Position numbers and translations under genes: made by a program
NCBI RefSeq assembly: GCF_006345805.1
Contig: NC_043005.1
Coordinates: 78,368,001 to 78,432,000 of the forward strand
Reading direction: 5' to 3'
From: Octopus sinensis
Taxonomy: Eukaryota
Length of the DNA stretch: 64,000 nt
The notes under the pieces: generated by a model
What the model saw: only the letters and a program-made list of their open reading frames with translations
Told to the model about the DNA's origin: nothing
Databases searched by the model: none
Part shown: positions 47,347 through 61,091 of the stretch, piece after piece
How the letters are laid out: every line of letters begins with the position of its first letter
Numbering within the stretch: the first letter of the stretch is position 1

Positions 47347-48618
47347 GTAAGTTCATCTGATGTAGCCCTCACCATATGTTGCCTTCTTTGTTTCTCATTT
47401 GTTCTGTGTAGTCATGCATGGTAATACATTTGTGTTTTCGCTCCAAAGGCTTGATATTTCATTTCTCTATTGTAATAGCTATTGATGTTTAATGTTTATG
47501 AGGCATACCACATGTGGCGGACAACAGCATGTCCCTTCTCATATATAAGCGATGTGGCTGTGTGGTTAAGAAACTTGCTTCCCAAACATGTGGGATTGGG
47601 TTCAGTCCCACTGCATGGTTCCTTAGGCAAGTGACTTCTAGTGTAGCCCCAGACCAGCCGAAGCCTCTTGTATGTGTGTGTGTGTGTGTGTGTGTGTGCG
47701 CACCCTTTGTCTTGAAATCATGTGATAATTGTAAATGAGCATCACCATCCTGCCAATGGTGTTGTTTCCAGTCTTCTATGAAAAGCATGGAGAAATATGA
47801 CCTTGTTTGGAAAAAGATGACGGTTGATGCCATGAAGGGCATCTGACTGTAGAAAAATCTGCCTCGACAAATTCCATGTGATCTACGCAAGCATGGAATG
47901 GTAGACATACAAATGATACTGATATATATATTTATCAAAATGTAACCACATGTGAATCGTTGGCGTTTTTTTTTTTTTTTCCTCCGTCTTCCTTTTCTAT
48001 TAGACTTTCCTTTGTCTCCTGTTTCTGAAGAAAAGCTTTGCTCGTAACATAAAACCATCTTTCTTTCCTTCCCTGACTGTCTGCTAATACTTTGCATGTA
48101 CCACATCCTCACGTTGTGGTTTTATATATATATATATCTATATATATATATATTTATATATATATATATATATTGTGTGTGTGTGTATTCATTCACATGT
48201 GTTTGTGTCTGTCTCTTTGTCTTGACATTGTGTGATGTTTGTAACTGAATGTCGGTGTCATCCAAGTGGTGCCACTCATTTCCAATATTCTGTGAGAATA
48301 TGTCTGGCTGTGGAGAAATATTACCCTGCATGAAAATAGGAAAGGGTTGGCCGCCTTGGAAGGGTATCTGATTGTAGAATATCTCCTTCAGTAAACTCCA
48401 TCCAACCCATGGAAAAGTGAACATTACAAATGATGGCAATGGCCTGCATGCATACATACTTACACACATGTGCACACTCACAGGTGAGCACATAAGTGCA
48501 AAACAAAGCAGGAAAAATAGTACTCGAATACCAAAGGTAGAGCTATGTACTTTTTATTAAAGCTGCAAAATTATCTCGGAACTGTTATTCAGAGTTTCGC
48601 GTTCTCAACAGTTATATA

Positions 48619-48833
48619 CAGGGTGGCCCAAAAGTAGGTTTACAGTTATCACGTAGGCACTTTAAATTTCTTTTAAAACATTTTATTACATTTTAATTTC
48701 TATCTTACAAACTGACAAAATTAACTAAATTAGCATAGAATAATGGTTTCCTATCTTTTTGTAATTAAGATCTAAACTATTAATATGTGAATGTGAAAGA
48801 GATTGTTTTATATATATATTGTGACCCACCCTG
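48619..48833. mobile_element. Tc1-like MITE
   Basis: TA-CAGGGTGG... and ...CCACCCTG-TA, i.e. short TIRs with flanking TA. Confidence 0.5.
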
Positions 48834-49083
48834 TAAGTATATATCATCTGAACATGCTTTATTACATATCAATCACTACAGTTGTTTCAACACCTCATCA
48901 CTGCGTGTTCATTACTGAATGTTACATATATTATAAACAGCATTGCACTAAGTAAATAGTGATATATGCACCTCTTCAGGTGAGCGGAGTTAGATTATAT
49001 TTTGATTTTCCATATTTTATACCTAGACCGACCCTTGTCAGCATGGAAAACAGACGTTAAGTGATGATGATGATGATGGTGGT

Positions 49084-49123
<40 letters not shown>

Positions 49124-49675
49124 TGTATATATGTGTGTGTATATATATATATATATGTGTGTGTGTGTATGTTTGTGTGTATATGTGTGTATATATATGT
49201 ATATATGTGTGTATATATATGTATATATGTGTGTATATATGTATATGTATATATGTGTGTATATATGTATATGTGTGTGTGTATATATATATGAGTGTAT
49301 GTGTATATATCTACATTCATACATGTGTGTAATGAAGTGCACTCATCAGTATAATTTTGCTATTAAAGTGTCTGTTGTAATTTGATGAGCGTACGTTTAT
49401 ATTAATTTCTATTATTAATCCCTTGAGAGCAGCCATAATGAGATGCTAATTAATCTATCTGTCATTCAGTCTTTGATTACCGAAGACCTCACACAACGTA
49501 CTGTAATGGTTTCTTCATTTCATCCTTTCAAATTGTAATTATTCGATAGCAAGTATTTAAATGGCAGCTGATTTGTGTCAGAAAGACAGGGAAGAGGTTA
49601 AGGGGTCTGGACGGACATTTTGTTTTGGGTTTATTTTATTTACAAATATTTAAGATTTTGCATTTTGTGGAAGTG

Positions 49676-49996
49676 CTGGTGTGTGGCTTAGTGGTTAGGG
49701 TTTTCGGCACATGGTTGTAGGCTCATGAGTTCGATTCCTGGTGATGTATTGTGTCCTTGAGTGAGACGCTTTATTTCACGGTGCTCCAGTCCATTCAGCT
49801 AGCAAAAATTGAGTTGTACCTGTATTTCAAAGGGCCGGTCTTGTCACATTCTGTGTCTCACTGAGTATCCCTGAGGACTACATTAAGGGCATGCATGTCT
49901 GTGTAGTACTCGACCACCTACACGTTAATTTCACAAGCAGGTTGTTCCATCAATTGATTCAGTTGGAACCCTTGTAATCATAATTGATAGAGTACC
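49676..49996 (+). mobile_element. tRNA-headed SINE family E, copy 2
   Basis: TGGCTTAGTGGTTAGG (A box) and GAGTTCGATTCC (B box). Colinear with 9158-9470. Confidence 0.8.
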
Positions 49997-50176
49997 AGTC
50001 AAAGAAGACTCCAGAAGTCAATCCTCATCAAACTGGCCTATAGTAATAAAAAAAAGTACAAAACAAAAAAAAACCATTTAATCCTTTTGATACAAACCTG
50101 TCTGGTATCACCCTTGGTTTATGGTACCATCTTCCTATTTTAAAGAGATCAGTTCATCAAACAGTCTTAGAAATAC

Positions 50177-50408
50177 GTATTTCTTTACTACCCACAAGGG
50201 GCTAAGCACAGAGGGGACAAACAAGGACAGATAAATGGATTAAGTCGATTACATCGACCCCAGTGCGTAACTGGTACTTAATTTATCGACCCCGAAAGGA
50301 TGAAAAGCAAAGTCGACCTAGGCGGAATTTGAACTCAGAACATAACGGCAGACGAAATACCTCTAAGCATTTTGCCCGGTGTGCTAATGTTTCTGCCAGC
50401 TCACCACC
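50177..50408 (-). mobile_element. SINE family A monomer
   Basis: Full head and body on the minus strand. Confidence 0.88.
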
Positions 50409-50639
50409 TAGAAATACCAGCCAGGCTGAGATCACCGTCGGGTCTACGATAGAAGCTACCTGTTTTAACCTATTGACCTCCACCTGTACCACTGGTGGTT
50501 CATTGCAGTCTACACACACCCACCATATGCACCACTGGTGGTACATTTTCATAATTTGAGAAAACATTTTGATGATGATGATGATTTTATTCTGTATTTT
50601 CGAAGGTATTTAAATATAATGCATATTAAATATTAAAGT

Positions 50640-50981
50640 TTAACCCTTTGGTATTTAAACTGACCATATCTGGCCCAAATATTCTACCTGTTTTCTGTTC
50701 AAACTGGCCAGACTTGGCCTTTCACATCATCCCTGTAACATCTTTCTAAAAATTAAGTTACCTCATCAAAATCTCGAACTTACAAGATAATGCAAGATTA
50801 ATGCAAACATATATAGGCGCAGGAGTGGCTGTGTGGTGAGTAGCTTGCTTACCAACCACATGGTTCTGGGTTCATTCCCATTGTGTGGCACCTTGGGCAA
50901 ATGTCTTCTACTATAGCCTCGGGCCGACCAAAGCCTTGTGAGTGGATTTGTTAAGACGGAAACTGAAAGAAGCCTGTCACA

Positions 50982-51048
<67 letters not shown>

Positions 51049-51257
51049 GTATGTTTGTGTGTCTGTGTATGTCCCCCCAACATCGCTTGACAACCAATGC
51101 TGGTGTGCTTATGTCCCTGTAACTTAGCAGTTCGGCTAATGAAACCGATAGAATAAGTACTAGGCTTACAAAGAATAAGTCCTTGGTTCGATTTGTTTGA
51201 CTAAAGGCGGTGCTCCAGCATGGCCACAGTCAAATGACTGAAACAAATAAAAGAGTA
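50640..51257 (+). mobile_element. piggyBac-like MITE I (from 50640) interrupted by a full-length SINE B (50813-51257)
   Basis: TTAACCCTTTGGTATTTAAACTGACCATATCTGGCCC... then ATAGGCGCAGGAGTGGCTGTGTGG... Confidence 0.8.
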
Positions 51258-51804
51258 AATTAATTGAGCAACACACTGTATTTCAACGAAATTAAGGTAA
51301 CAGAATGATTGACATTTCAACTGTGATTATACAGCAAGTTGATGTCTCAGACAGCCTTAGTCTTCCATTAATAAATTTTTTTTTCAACAAAGGTAAGGTG
51401 TCATTGGAGTGATATTTGGCTGCTATTTCGAGCAAGTTGTGTGACTTCATATAAGTGGTTTCATTGTTGGTTCAAATCTAACCGAATGAATCTATTTTAT
51501 TGTTGTTGTTGTTGTTGTTGTTACTCCCCAGATTAGCTCTGATTGAAGAAGTCTGTGATCAAAGGCCTTCCATTTGTGACCATGCCATCTTGATTCTAAC
51601 AGACACAGTTCATCTAGGTGTACAATTATCTAATGTTCTCATGTACCCTTGTTTTTGTTTTTAGTTATTTTATTGAAAAAAAATACAGAATGCTGGGTGA
51701 GATCTGAAGGACATTTGTCTGCTCTTTCTAGTTAATTGAATGGCTGTGCGGCAGTGCTATCTTTAGCTTAAAAGAATAACTTTCTAAAATGTAGTGTCTT
51801 TCTT

Positions 51805-52240
51805 TGATACTCCCTTTCTCCCTCTCTTTTTCTCCCTCTGAATGTCTCTCTTTTTCCCTCTCAATGTCTCTCACCCTCTCACTCTCTCCAAATGTTTTTC
51901 TCTTTCTTTCTCTCCCTCTCAGTGTCTCTTTCTTTCTCTCCCTCTCAGTGTCTCTTTGTCTCCTTCTAAATGTCTCTCCTTTCTCTCCCTCTAAATATAT
52001 CCCCCCTCTCTCACTCTCTATGAGTATATTTCTCTCTCTTGCCCCCTCTCACTTTCTCTCCCTCTCCCTCTTTCTCTCTTTCTACCTCTCACTTTCTCTC
52101 TCTCTCTCACTTTCTCTCTCAATATTTTACGCTCTGTATATCTCTCTCTCTTGCTCTCCTCTCTCTCTCTCTCTCAGTATTTCACTCTCAGTATATTTCT
52201 CTCTCTTGCCCTCCCCTTCTCCTCTCCCTCTCTCTCTCAA
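51805..52240. repeat. Degenerate (CT)n polypyrimidine tract
   Basis: Directly visible. Confidence 0.95.
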
Positions 52241-52751
52241 ATTATTGAATATCAGGTGAAAAAAAAAACATCAAATTTTCTTTTTATCGTTTATTTAAAC
52301 ATTTATTACCAATTTGTTGATATATTTTTATCAATTATTTTGAAAAATTTATAATTTTCATTTTCTTTATTTTAATTTCTATATTTTTTTTTTTCTGGCG
52401 ATGATAAAACTCTGGTTACAAATATCTTCGTTTTTATTAGAAATATTATCTTTGCAGATTTCTATTTTACTTCGTAAGATAAATTTTCTGGGTTTTTTTT
52501 CTTTTTTTTTTTTTTTGATTTTCATTTTACTTTTTTAAGTTTTGAAATTTCAATTCCCCCCTCCCCCATCTTTGTCTTTTTTTTTTTTAAATACAAAATC
52601 AAAACAAAATTGTTCTCTTGCTTTTCTTTTTTGAGAGAAAGAAAATTGTTTTTACTAAATCTCTGTTACTAATGGTGTGTGTATATATATATAATATATA
52701 TATATATATATTTATATTTATATTCGTATTTTCTATGTTTATATGTGGATA

Positions 52752-52793
<42 letters not shown>

Positions 52794-53026
52794 GATGTGT
52801 ATGTGAGTTTTTGTTTATGTGTGGACATAAGTATATGTCAGCATTTATGTGGACGTGTGTACGTCTCGTATATATGTGTGTGTCTGTGTGTGAGCTTTTA
52901 TGTGTGTATATGAGGGTTTTTTTGTGTGCGTTTTTGTGTGCGACTATATATGAATTTTTGTGTGTGTGTGTGTGTATATTTGTGGATATGTCAATATTTA
53001 TGTATGTGCGTCTATGTGTGTGTATG

Positions 53027-53065
<39 letters not shown>

Positions 53066-53516
53066 ATATATATGCCAGTCTTTCTCTGTGTATGTATATG
53101 TGTGTGTGTGTGTCACTTTTTGTGTATGTGGGTGCATATATGTATATGCCAGTATTTGCGTGTGTCTGTATGTGTGTGTACATATGTATGTCCGTGTGTG
53201 TCAGAGTATGCTTTTACTCCTTCACATGTTTCAGTCATTTAACTGCGGCCACGCTGGAGCGCCGCCTTTGGTCGAACAAATCGACCCCAGGACTTATTCT
53301 TTGTAAGCTTAGTACTTATTCTGTCAGTTTTTTTGCTGAACTGCTGAGTTCCGGGAATGTAAACACACCAACATTACTTGTCAAGCAATGGTGGGGAGGG
53401 GACAAGCATAGACACACAAATACACACCTACATGCATACATATATATATATATATGTCATCATCGTTTAACGTCCGTTTTCCATGCTGGCATGGGTTGGA
53501 TGATATATATATATTA

Positions 53517-53744
53517 GGGCGGCGAGCTGGCAGAAACGTTAGCACGCCGGGCGAAATGCTTAGCCGTATTTCGTCTGCCGTTAAGTGTTCTGGGTTCAAA
53601 ATCCGCCGAGGTCGACTTTGCCTTTCATCCTTTCGGGGTCGATAAATTAAGTACCAGTTACGCACTGGGGTCGATGTAATCGACTTAATCCCTTTGTCTG
53701 TCCTTGTTCGTCCCTTCTATGTTTAGCCCCTTGTGGGCAGTAAA

Positions 53745-53747
<3 letters not shown>
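53517..53747 (+). mobile_element. Young SINE family A monomer in (TA)n
   Basis: GGCGGCGAGCTGGCAGAAACGTTAGCACGCCGGGCGAAATGC... with CpGs intact, flanked by (TA)n. Confidence 0.92.
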
Positions 53748-53781
<34 letters not shown>

Positions 53782-53943
53782 GATGGGCTTCCTTCAGTTT
53801 TTTCATTTACCAATCCACTCATAAGGTTTTGGTCAGGTCAAGGGCCTATAGTAGAACACACTTACCCAAGGTGCCACTCAGTGGGACTGAACCCTGAACC
53901 ATGTAGTTGGATAGCAGCCTTTTACCTCACAGCCACTCCTGTA

Positions 53944-53989
<46 letters not shown>

Positions 53990-54769
53990 CCATCACACAC
54001 ACACACACCCAACGAGCTTCTTTCAGTTTCTGTCTACCTAATCCACTCATAGGATTTTGGTCAGCCCGAGGCTGTAGTAGACAACACTTACCCAAGGTGC
54101 CACACAATGGAACTGAACCTGGGACCATGTGGTTGGGAAGCAAGCTTCGTACCTCACAGCCACAGCCATGTATTTGTGTGTATGTCTCTAGGTGCCTGTA
54201 TTGCCCCCTTATATTTGTCTGTATGGTTTTGTGTGTGTGTGTGTAGAGCAAGACTGCATGTGTGTATGTTCATAGGTGAATTTGTGTCCCTCATGTTTTG
54301 TGGCTGTCTATTCTCTGTGGCCTGGGGCGTGTCTGTGTGTATGTGTATGGCTCTGTGAATTTGTATCTTGTGTCCCTGCGTGAGGTTCACTATAGACTGT
54401 ATCTTTATATATTTAAGTAAATATTTTGTATGTATGTGTTTTTGCATCAGTGTATTTGTGTGTGTGTATGTGTATCTTTGCAGCTGTGTAAGTTTTTGCT
54501 TATATCTTTATAATCATCATCATTATTATTATTATTATTATTTTTGTGTGTGTGTCTGTCTGTATGCAAGTGTGTATGCATATATCTCTATATTTCTACA
54601 TGTATGTTTTGCTTAGTCTTTGCACATGTCTGTATGTCTAAGAAGCTGTATAGATTTTTGTATAAACATAAATATATATATATATATAACATACATACAT
54701 ACATACACATACGTATTATTAGAATAGTGGTGGTGGAATGAATTTCTGTATATAAGTATTGCTGTGTCT

Positions 54770-55080
54770 ATATATTTTACTGTATGTAGATTTCTCTTTG
54801 TATTTGTGTATGTGTGTATGTATATATATATATATTATATATAGATAGATAGATAGATGTGTGTGTGTATGTATATGTATGTGTGTGTGTATGTATATGT
54901 ATGTGTGTGTATGTATATGTATGTGTGTGTGTGTATGTATATGTATGTGTGTGTGTGTATGTGTGTATCTGTATATATGTGTGTACGTATGTATGTATAT
55001 ATATGTGTGTGTGTATATGTATATATGTATGTGTGTGTGTGTGTGTATTTATATATGTCTTTGCATGTATGTATGTATAT
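54770..55080. repeat. (TG)/(TA) compound microsatellite with a ~20-bp higher-order unit
   Basis: GTGTGTGTATGTATATGTAT repeated. Confidence 0.95.
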
Positions 55081-55424
55081 GTCAATTACTTTGAAGAGAT
55101 GTGTACTTGTGCATGTTTCTCTGTATCTGTGTACAGAGATTCCTGGGCCAGGTGATGTGCTGTGTTCTGGAACAAAACACTTAATTTTGCATTGCTTCAA
55201 TCCACTCAGTTGATGAAAGCAAATAATCCTGTGGGGGGACTAGCTTCCCATCCAGGAGGTAACACAGTATCACAGAATTCACCATAGAATCCACTACATT
55301 GACCACATGAGCCTATGGCTTGGGAATGACTTTGATCTTTTGTCCCTTTTTGACATAAACCCACATACATACTAAATATGTGTCACGATTAGAATCTCAA
55401 TCAAATCAAAATTTAAAATGGAAA

Positions 55425-55723
55425 TTATAGTTGTGGCCGATGCCAGTGCTGCCTCACTGGCTCCTGTACTGGTGGAACGCAATAAGCACCATTCATGCGT
55501 GGGTTGTTGCCAGTGCTGCCTCACTGGCTCCTATGCCGGTGGCACGTAAAAAGCACCCACTACACTCCCAGAGTGGTTGGCATTAGGAAGAGCACCCAGC
55601 TGTAGAAACATTGCCAGATCAGACGAGCCTTGTGCAGCCTCCTGGTTTGCTGGTCCTCAGTCAAACTGTCCAACCTATGCCAGCATGGAAAACGACATTA
55701 AACGATGATGATGATGATGATGA
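55425..55723 (+). mobile_element. Family C repeat
   Basis: Two units plus the conserved 3' end and (GAT)n. Confidence 0.85.
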
Positions 55724-57205
55724 TATATATATATATATATTATTTAATAAACACTATATATGTATATGTGAATGATTTTGTTATACAGTCCTGGGTTTTA
55801 CTATCCTGTAAATAATAATAATGGTATTTATATAAGCCTAAAGCTTATAGTGATCACTGTGCAATGATTAAGGAAAATAGTGTATTAATGGTGAATATAA
55901 GCCCTTGACAGAAAAACATTTGTTACGAAATGCTAGCAGTCTCTGAAGATTGTGCTAGGACACGAGATGTGTTATAAAACACTGCCTAGCATGCTCTCGT
56001 CTCATGAAACTAATAGTAGCACATCATCATCATCATCATGATTTAACATCCACCTTTTGTGCTCGTATGGGTTAGATGGTTTCACAAGATCTAGCCAGGC
56101 CTGCACCAGACTTCTGTGACTGTTTTGGCAGGATTTTTACAGCTGGATGCCCTTCTGAACACCAGCTACTTTACAGTGTGGGCTGGGTGCTTTTAAGTGG
56201 CACCTGCACTCACAGGGTCACCAATTACTTGCAAGATAAAAAAACAGCAAAAAAAAACATATATTGTATTTATTAATATTTATCTCTCACCAAATGAAGT
56301 ACTTTTTCTTGTTGTTCTAACCATCCCAGAACATTTCAATATATATATATATATATATTCACACACACCACACATGGGTGTATGTATATACAGGACAATC
56401 TATATGGAAACAGACACATACCTTCATATATACGCACATTTAGTATGTATTTATATACATGTATACGCATAGAGGGCAGTCTACACACATGCAGGGCAAT
56501 CTATTTAGATATATAGACACACATACCCTCATACATATACACACATTGAGTATAGAAACACATGCAAAATATACAATATAAACACACACAGAAATACACA
56601 CAATCAAGTATTTATACAGAAACATGAAAATATACATGTAAGCATATATTTTTATATATATATATATATATATAGCATAACACGAACACACACACACACA
56701 CACACACATATACGGTATACCGTATGCATAAACATATTTAGTAACAGGACACATGTTTGGCAACAATTTATACACACACTGACATATACACAAGAAAACA
56801 GAAACAAACACACACACACACACACAAAAATATGTATAGAATGATAAGACCTGTCTAAGTATTAGATGTGTGTATTTGTTTATGTTACTGCCTGGATGTA
56901 TACCTGTGTAATATACTGTAAATAATAATAATGATGATATTAATAATAATGGTGATGATGATAATATTGGTAATGATAATATTAGCAATAATAACAACAA
57001 AAATGATGAAAATATATCAAATAATGTAGATGAAATGACCCAAAATAGATCAGTAACATATTAACACACACAAGCATACATACATATATGTATATGTATA
57101 TATACACATACACACACATTTGTATGTCTATATATATATTCACACACACATACATATACATAATTATACATATGCATATAAATATATTTTTCTGTAAAGA
57201 TATTC

Positions 57206-57256
<51 letters not shown>

Positions 57257-57981
57257 CATCATCATCATCGTTTACGAGATATATATATATATATATAGGG
57301 ACTTGCATTTGGTAACTAACTTGGTGCATTAGAACTTGTGGTCCTCCTTCATTTCCTGTTGCTGTATAAGAATATTAAAAAGCGAAAGAGAGTGTGTAGC
57401 TGCTGCCTTCAAAAAGCTGCCATATTTCTCAAGATGTCATCTTATGAACAGTTATCAGGGAAGGGAGATGTCCATTTGAATTACAATATTAACATGTTGG
57501 CAATCAATGTTTGGCAAAGAGAATCATCAGTTATTTGAATATAAGTTTTATCAACTGTCCGGCTTTCAAGAGAGTTTTTCTATTTATTCCTTCCTTACAC
57601 ACTTAAGGAAGGAATTAAGAGAAAATAAAAAAAAAATTTAGAAAATAAGAAAAAAAAATAGATGAGATGCTACACTGCTGGGATTCTCAGAATATTATGG
57701 TAAGTGTGTCTGTGTGTACTCAATAGCCAAGGGCTGTTGTAGAAAACATTTGCCCAAGATTCTGCATAGAGGGACCAAACCCGAAACCACTACAAAGTGA
57801 ACTTCTTAACCACATAGCCATGCCTCCTTCTATTACAGAGTTCTTTATGAAATCTGGGTTCCTCAAGTGGTCACCCAGTTAAGTACTAACTAGACTGGAT
57901 GTTGCTTAACTTTGGGGATCAGATAAGAACCGGTGCTTTTGGCATGATATGGTTGTGAGCAATTCATCTAATGCAGTCTGT

Positions 57982-58644
57982 TTAACCCCTTAGCACTCAG
58001 ATTACCCTGTCAAATGTAATGCTTATCAATTCACCACTTAAAGATTTTGATAATGCGATTGTTTATTTATACAGTGACATAGCAGGGTATGTGAGAAAGG
58101 CTGGATCTGGCTATTTTGATCATAAAGAACATAGAGCATTTGGGCTGGATATGGCTGGTTTACCCTTTTAACCCTTTCATTCTGGATATGGCTGGTTTAC
58201 CCTTTTAACCCTTTCATTACTGTATTTATTTTGAGATACTCTCTGTTTCTTTCAATTACTTTAAATATAAACAAAGAATTTAGTAAAATAACTTGGTTAT
58301 CATTCAGCTTGTGTTAGGAACATAAATTGTGACTAAGGTTTGATGGAAGATTTTAATTCAAAACTTATGAAAACAAGACTTTGTACACAGAGCCAGAGCC
58401 GGTTTCAACCGAGTTGGTAATGAAAGGGTTTACTTGTAAAATGGCCATGTCCAACCCAAATAGTCTGCTTGTTTTATGTTCACATTGGCCAGATCTTGCC
58501 TATTACACCTACCCTGCAGTGTCATTCTAAAACTAATCACATCATCGGAATCTTGACACTATGAGATAATGCATGATTAATTGAAAACAATGGAAATAAG
58601 TAAGCATTATGTGTGAGAGAATAATCCAAATGCTAAAGGGTTAA
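57982..58644. mobile_element. Composite of piggyBac-like MITEs: I(-), J, I(+)
   Basis: Outer ends TTAA-CCCCTTAGCA and TGCTAAAGGG-TTAA. Inner J (58209-58428) has CCCTTTCATTAC/GTAATGAAAGGG termini. Confidence 0.7.
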
Positions 58645-59077
58645 GCAATTTCATAACAATACATCTTAATTTAACTTGTTTCCTGATTTCATAATAATTC
58701 TTGTTCACACTGTGTAACGTCATAGTCTAGATTCTCACCTTAGATATAGTACAGTCTGTCTTTTGTTGTCTCACTGCTACTTTTCAGGTGAGTAATTCAA
58801 GATGATTAATGCAACATGTTAAGATAATTTCCCAACAATAGATCTTAATTTAACAGGTTTTCTAATTCAGTAACAATTTTAGATCACTAAATGTAGCATC
58901 ACAATTAGCAAGTGGGCAATATGACTCCGATTTCTGGGATCTTTTCATCGTTTGTGTTCATAGTACCTCTATTATTGCTGTAATAATGACCCCTCTTCAT
59001 AGAGCACCATTGCATTTCGGCTCTACATTTTAGGAATATATCAAAGAGTGCTAGGGCATTACTCTGTGTGTATCTCT

Positions 59078-59490
59078 TTTACTCTTTTATTTGTTTCAGC
59101 CATTTGACCGTGACCATGCTGGAGCACCGCCTTTAGTCGAGCAAATTGACCCCAGCACTTATTCTTTGTAAGCCTAGTACTTATTCTATTGGTCTCTTTT
59201 GCCGAACCGCTAAGTTATGGGGATGTAAACAGACTAGCATCAGTTGTCAAGCAATGTTGGGGGGACAAACACAGACACACAAACATACACACATTATATA
59301 TATATATATTTTATATATATATATATATATATACGACAGGCTTCTTTCAGTTTCCCTCTACCAAATCCACTCAGAAGGCTTTGGTCGAGCCGAGGCTATA
59401 GTAGAAGACACTTGCCCAAGGTACCATGCAGTGGGAATGAACCTGGAACCATGTGGTTGTTTAGCAAGCTACTTACCATTCCTGCGCCTT
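59078..59490 (-). mobile_element. SINE family B
   Basis: Near-complete reverse complement of B. Confidence 0.88.
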
Positions 59491-59739
59491 TGTGTATTTT
59501 TACCACGTATATGCTTTCTCATTGGTAAAGCATTCCTGTATATATGGATAAATGTATTTGTTTTCTCAAATAAATGGCACTTCATCTTTAAAGCTCTGAT
59601 GAAGTTATGAGGTGTTACTCAGGCACTCAACTATCAGTCCACTACATCTTGTAGCAGAAACTGCTGTAAGCCAATGAAGTTTATAAGATAATCATTTCTT
59701 CCTTTTGTCATTTCTTTCCTTATATTATCTTGGATGCAT

Positions 59740-59895
59740 AGATTGTCATGACTCTCTGTCGCTATGGGAAACATTGGTCATCATCTTTGGCAGGTTGGTG
59801 GGATTGCAGCTTATGGCATCACAATTCTGCTTGTTATAGATCTTGGCCTGTTCTCCCGTGCTATCCCTTCCTTGAATGGGCTCCCATAAATGAAC
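59740..59895 (-). mobile_element. RTE-like LINE ORF2 C-terminal remnant
   Basis: Minus frame LWEPIQGRDSTGEQAKIYNKQNCDAISCNPTNLPKMM resembles the LWEP.HG.RS.GRP..TY..QL..D.GC....LP..M motif of RTE-clade elements (recalled). Confidence 0.5.
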
Positions 59896-60129
59896 TTACA
59901 TAAAAGCACCCATTATACTCTTGAAGTGGTTGGCGTTAGGAAGGCCATCCAGCTGTAGAGACCATGCCAAACCAGACTGAAGTGCTGCCCCTCAGCTTAC
60001 CAGCCCTGGTCAAAACGTCAAACCCATGCCACCATGGACAGTGGTTGTTAAATGATGATGATGGACAGATGGATAGACAGAGAGATAGATCATCATTTCA
60101 CCATCGTCATTATTTAATATATATGTATA

Positions 60130-60291
60130 TAGGCACTGGAGTGGTTTTGTGGTAAGTAGCTTGCTTCCAACCACATGGTTCCAGGTTCAGTCCCATCGCA
60201 TGGCAACTTGGGCAAGTGTCTTCTACTATAGCCTCAGGCCAACCAAAGCCTTCTGAGTGGATTTGGTAGACAGAAATGGAAAGAAGCCCGT

Positions 60292-60329
<38 letters not shown>

Positions 60330-60518
60330 TGTGTGTCTCTGTTTCTTCCCCCCACCATCGCTTGACAATTGATGTTGGTGTGTTTATGTTCCTGTAAGTT
60401 AGTGGTTCGGCAAAATAGACTGATAGAATAAGTACTAGGCTTAAAAAGAAAAAAAGGCCCAGGTTCTATTTGTTCGACTAAAGGTGGTGCTCCACAGTGA
60501 GATGACTGAAACAAATAT
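60130..60518 (+). mobile_element. SINE family B
   Basis: Head, CORE-like segment, (TA)n and 3' half are present. Confidence 0.88.
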
Positions 60519-60532
60519 AAAATATACATATA

Positions 60533-60564
<32 letters not shown>

Positions 60565-61049
60565 CACACGCACACATCACTACATAATTCTATTATACAA
60601 ACGGAATTATTTCCACTAAATTTCCTTGAGACAAAACCAGTTACAGACGTTCTGCCTGCTTACAAGGGATACAGTTCCCCTACATCCCTTCCTCTGGTTT
60701 TGTTTGTCTTTTGCTTCATCTTAGTTTGTTTTTTGTTTTTATTTGTTTATTTTTGTTTCCTTTTACTTTGATGGGCAAGAAAAGCCGGTCTCTTTTATAT
60801 AATGGTACCAGGTGTCATCCATATTGTGGCTCTTCATTTCTAACTTGAAGATCTTCAGCAATATGTTTGTGTGTGTGTGTGTGTGGTGTGTCTTTGCTTC
60901 TACACTAAGCACTTGGCACTTGGCACCTCTCTCTCACCTTCTCCTCCCACTCCCACCACCACCACCACATGATATCCCTGTCTCTCCCTCCTTCCCTCAC
61001 TTCATCATCTCACAATCATTTTGTTTCTGTCTTTGGCCCTAACATACCC

Positions 61050-61091
<42 letters not shown>

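Noticed and set aside
57661-57705. Exon-like segment ending ATG|GTAAGT
   Set aside because: The upstream AG follows a purine (A) run with no pyrimidine tract, and the peptide has no UGGT similarity.
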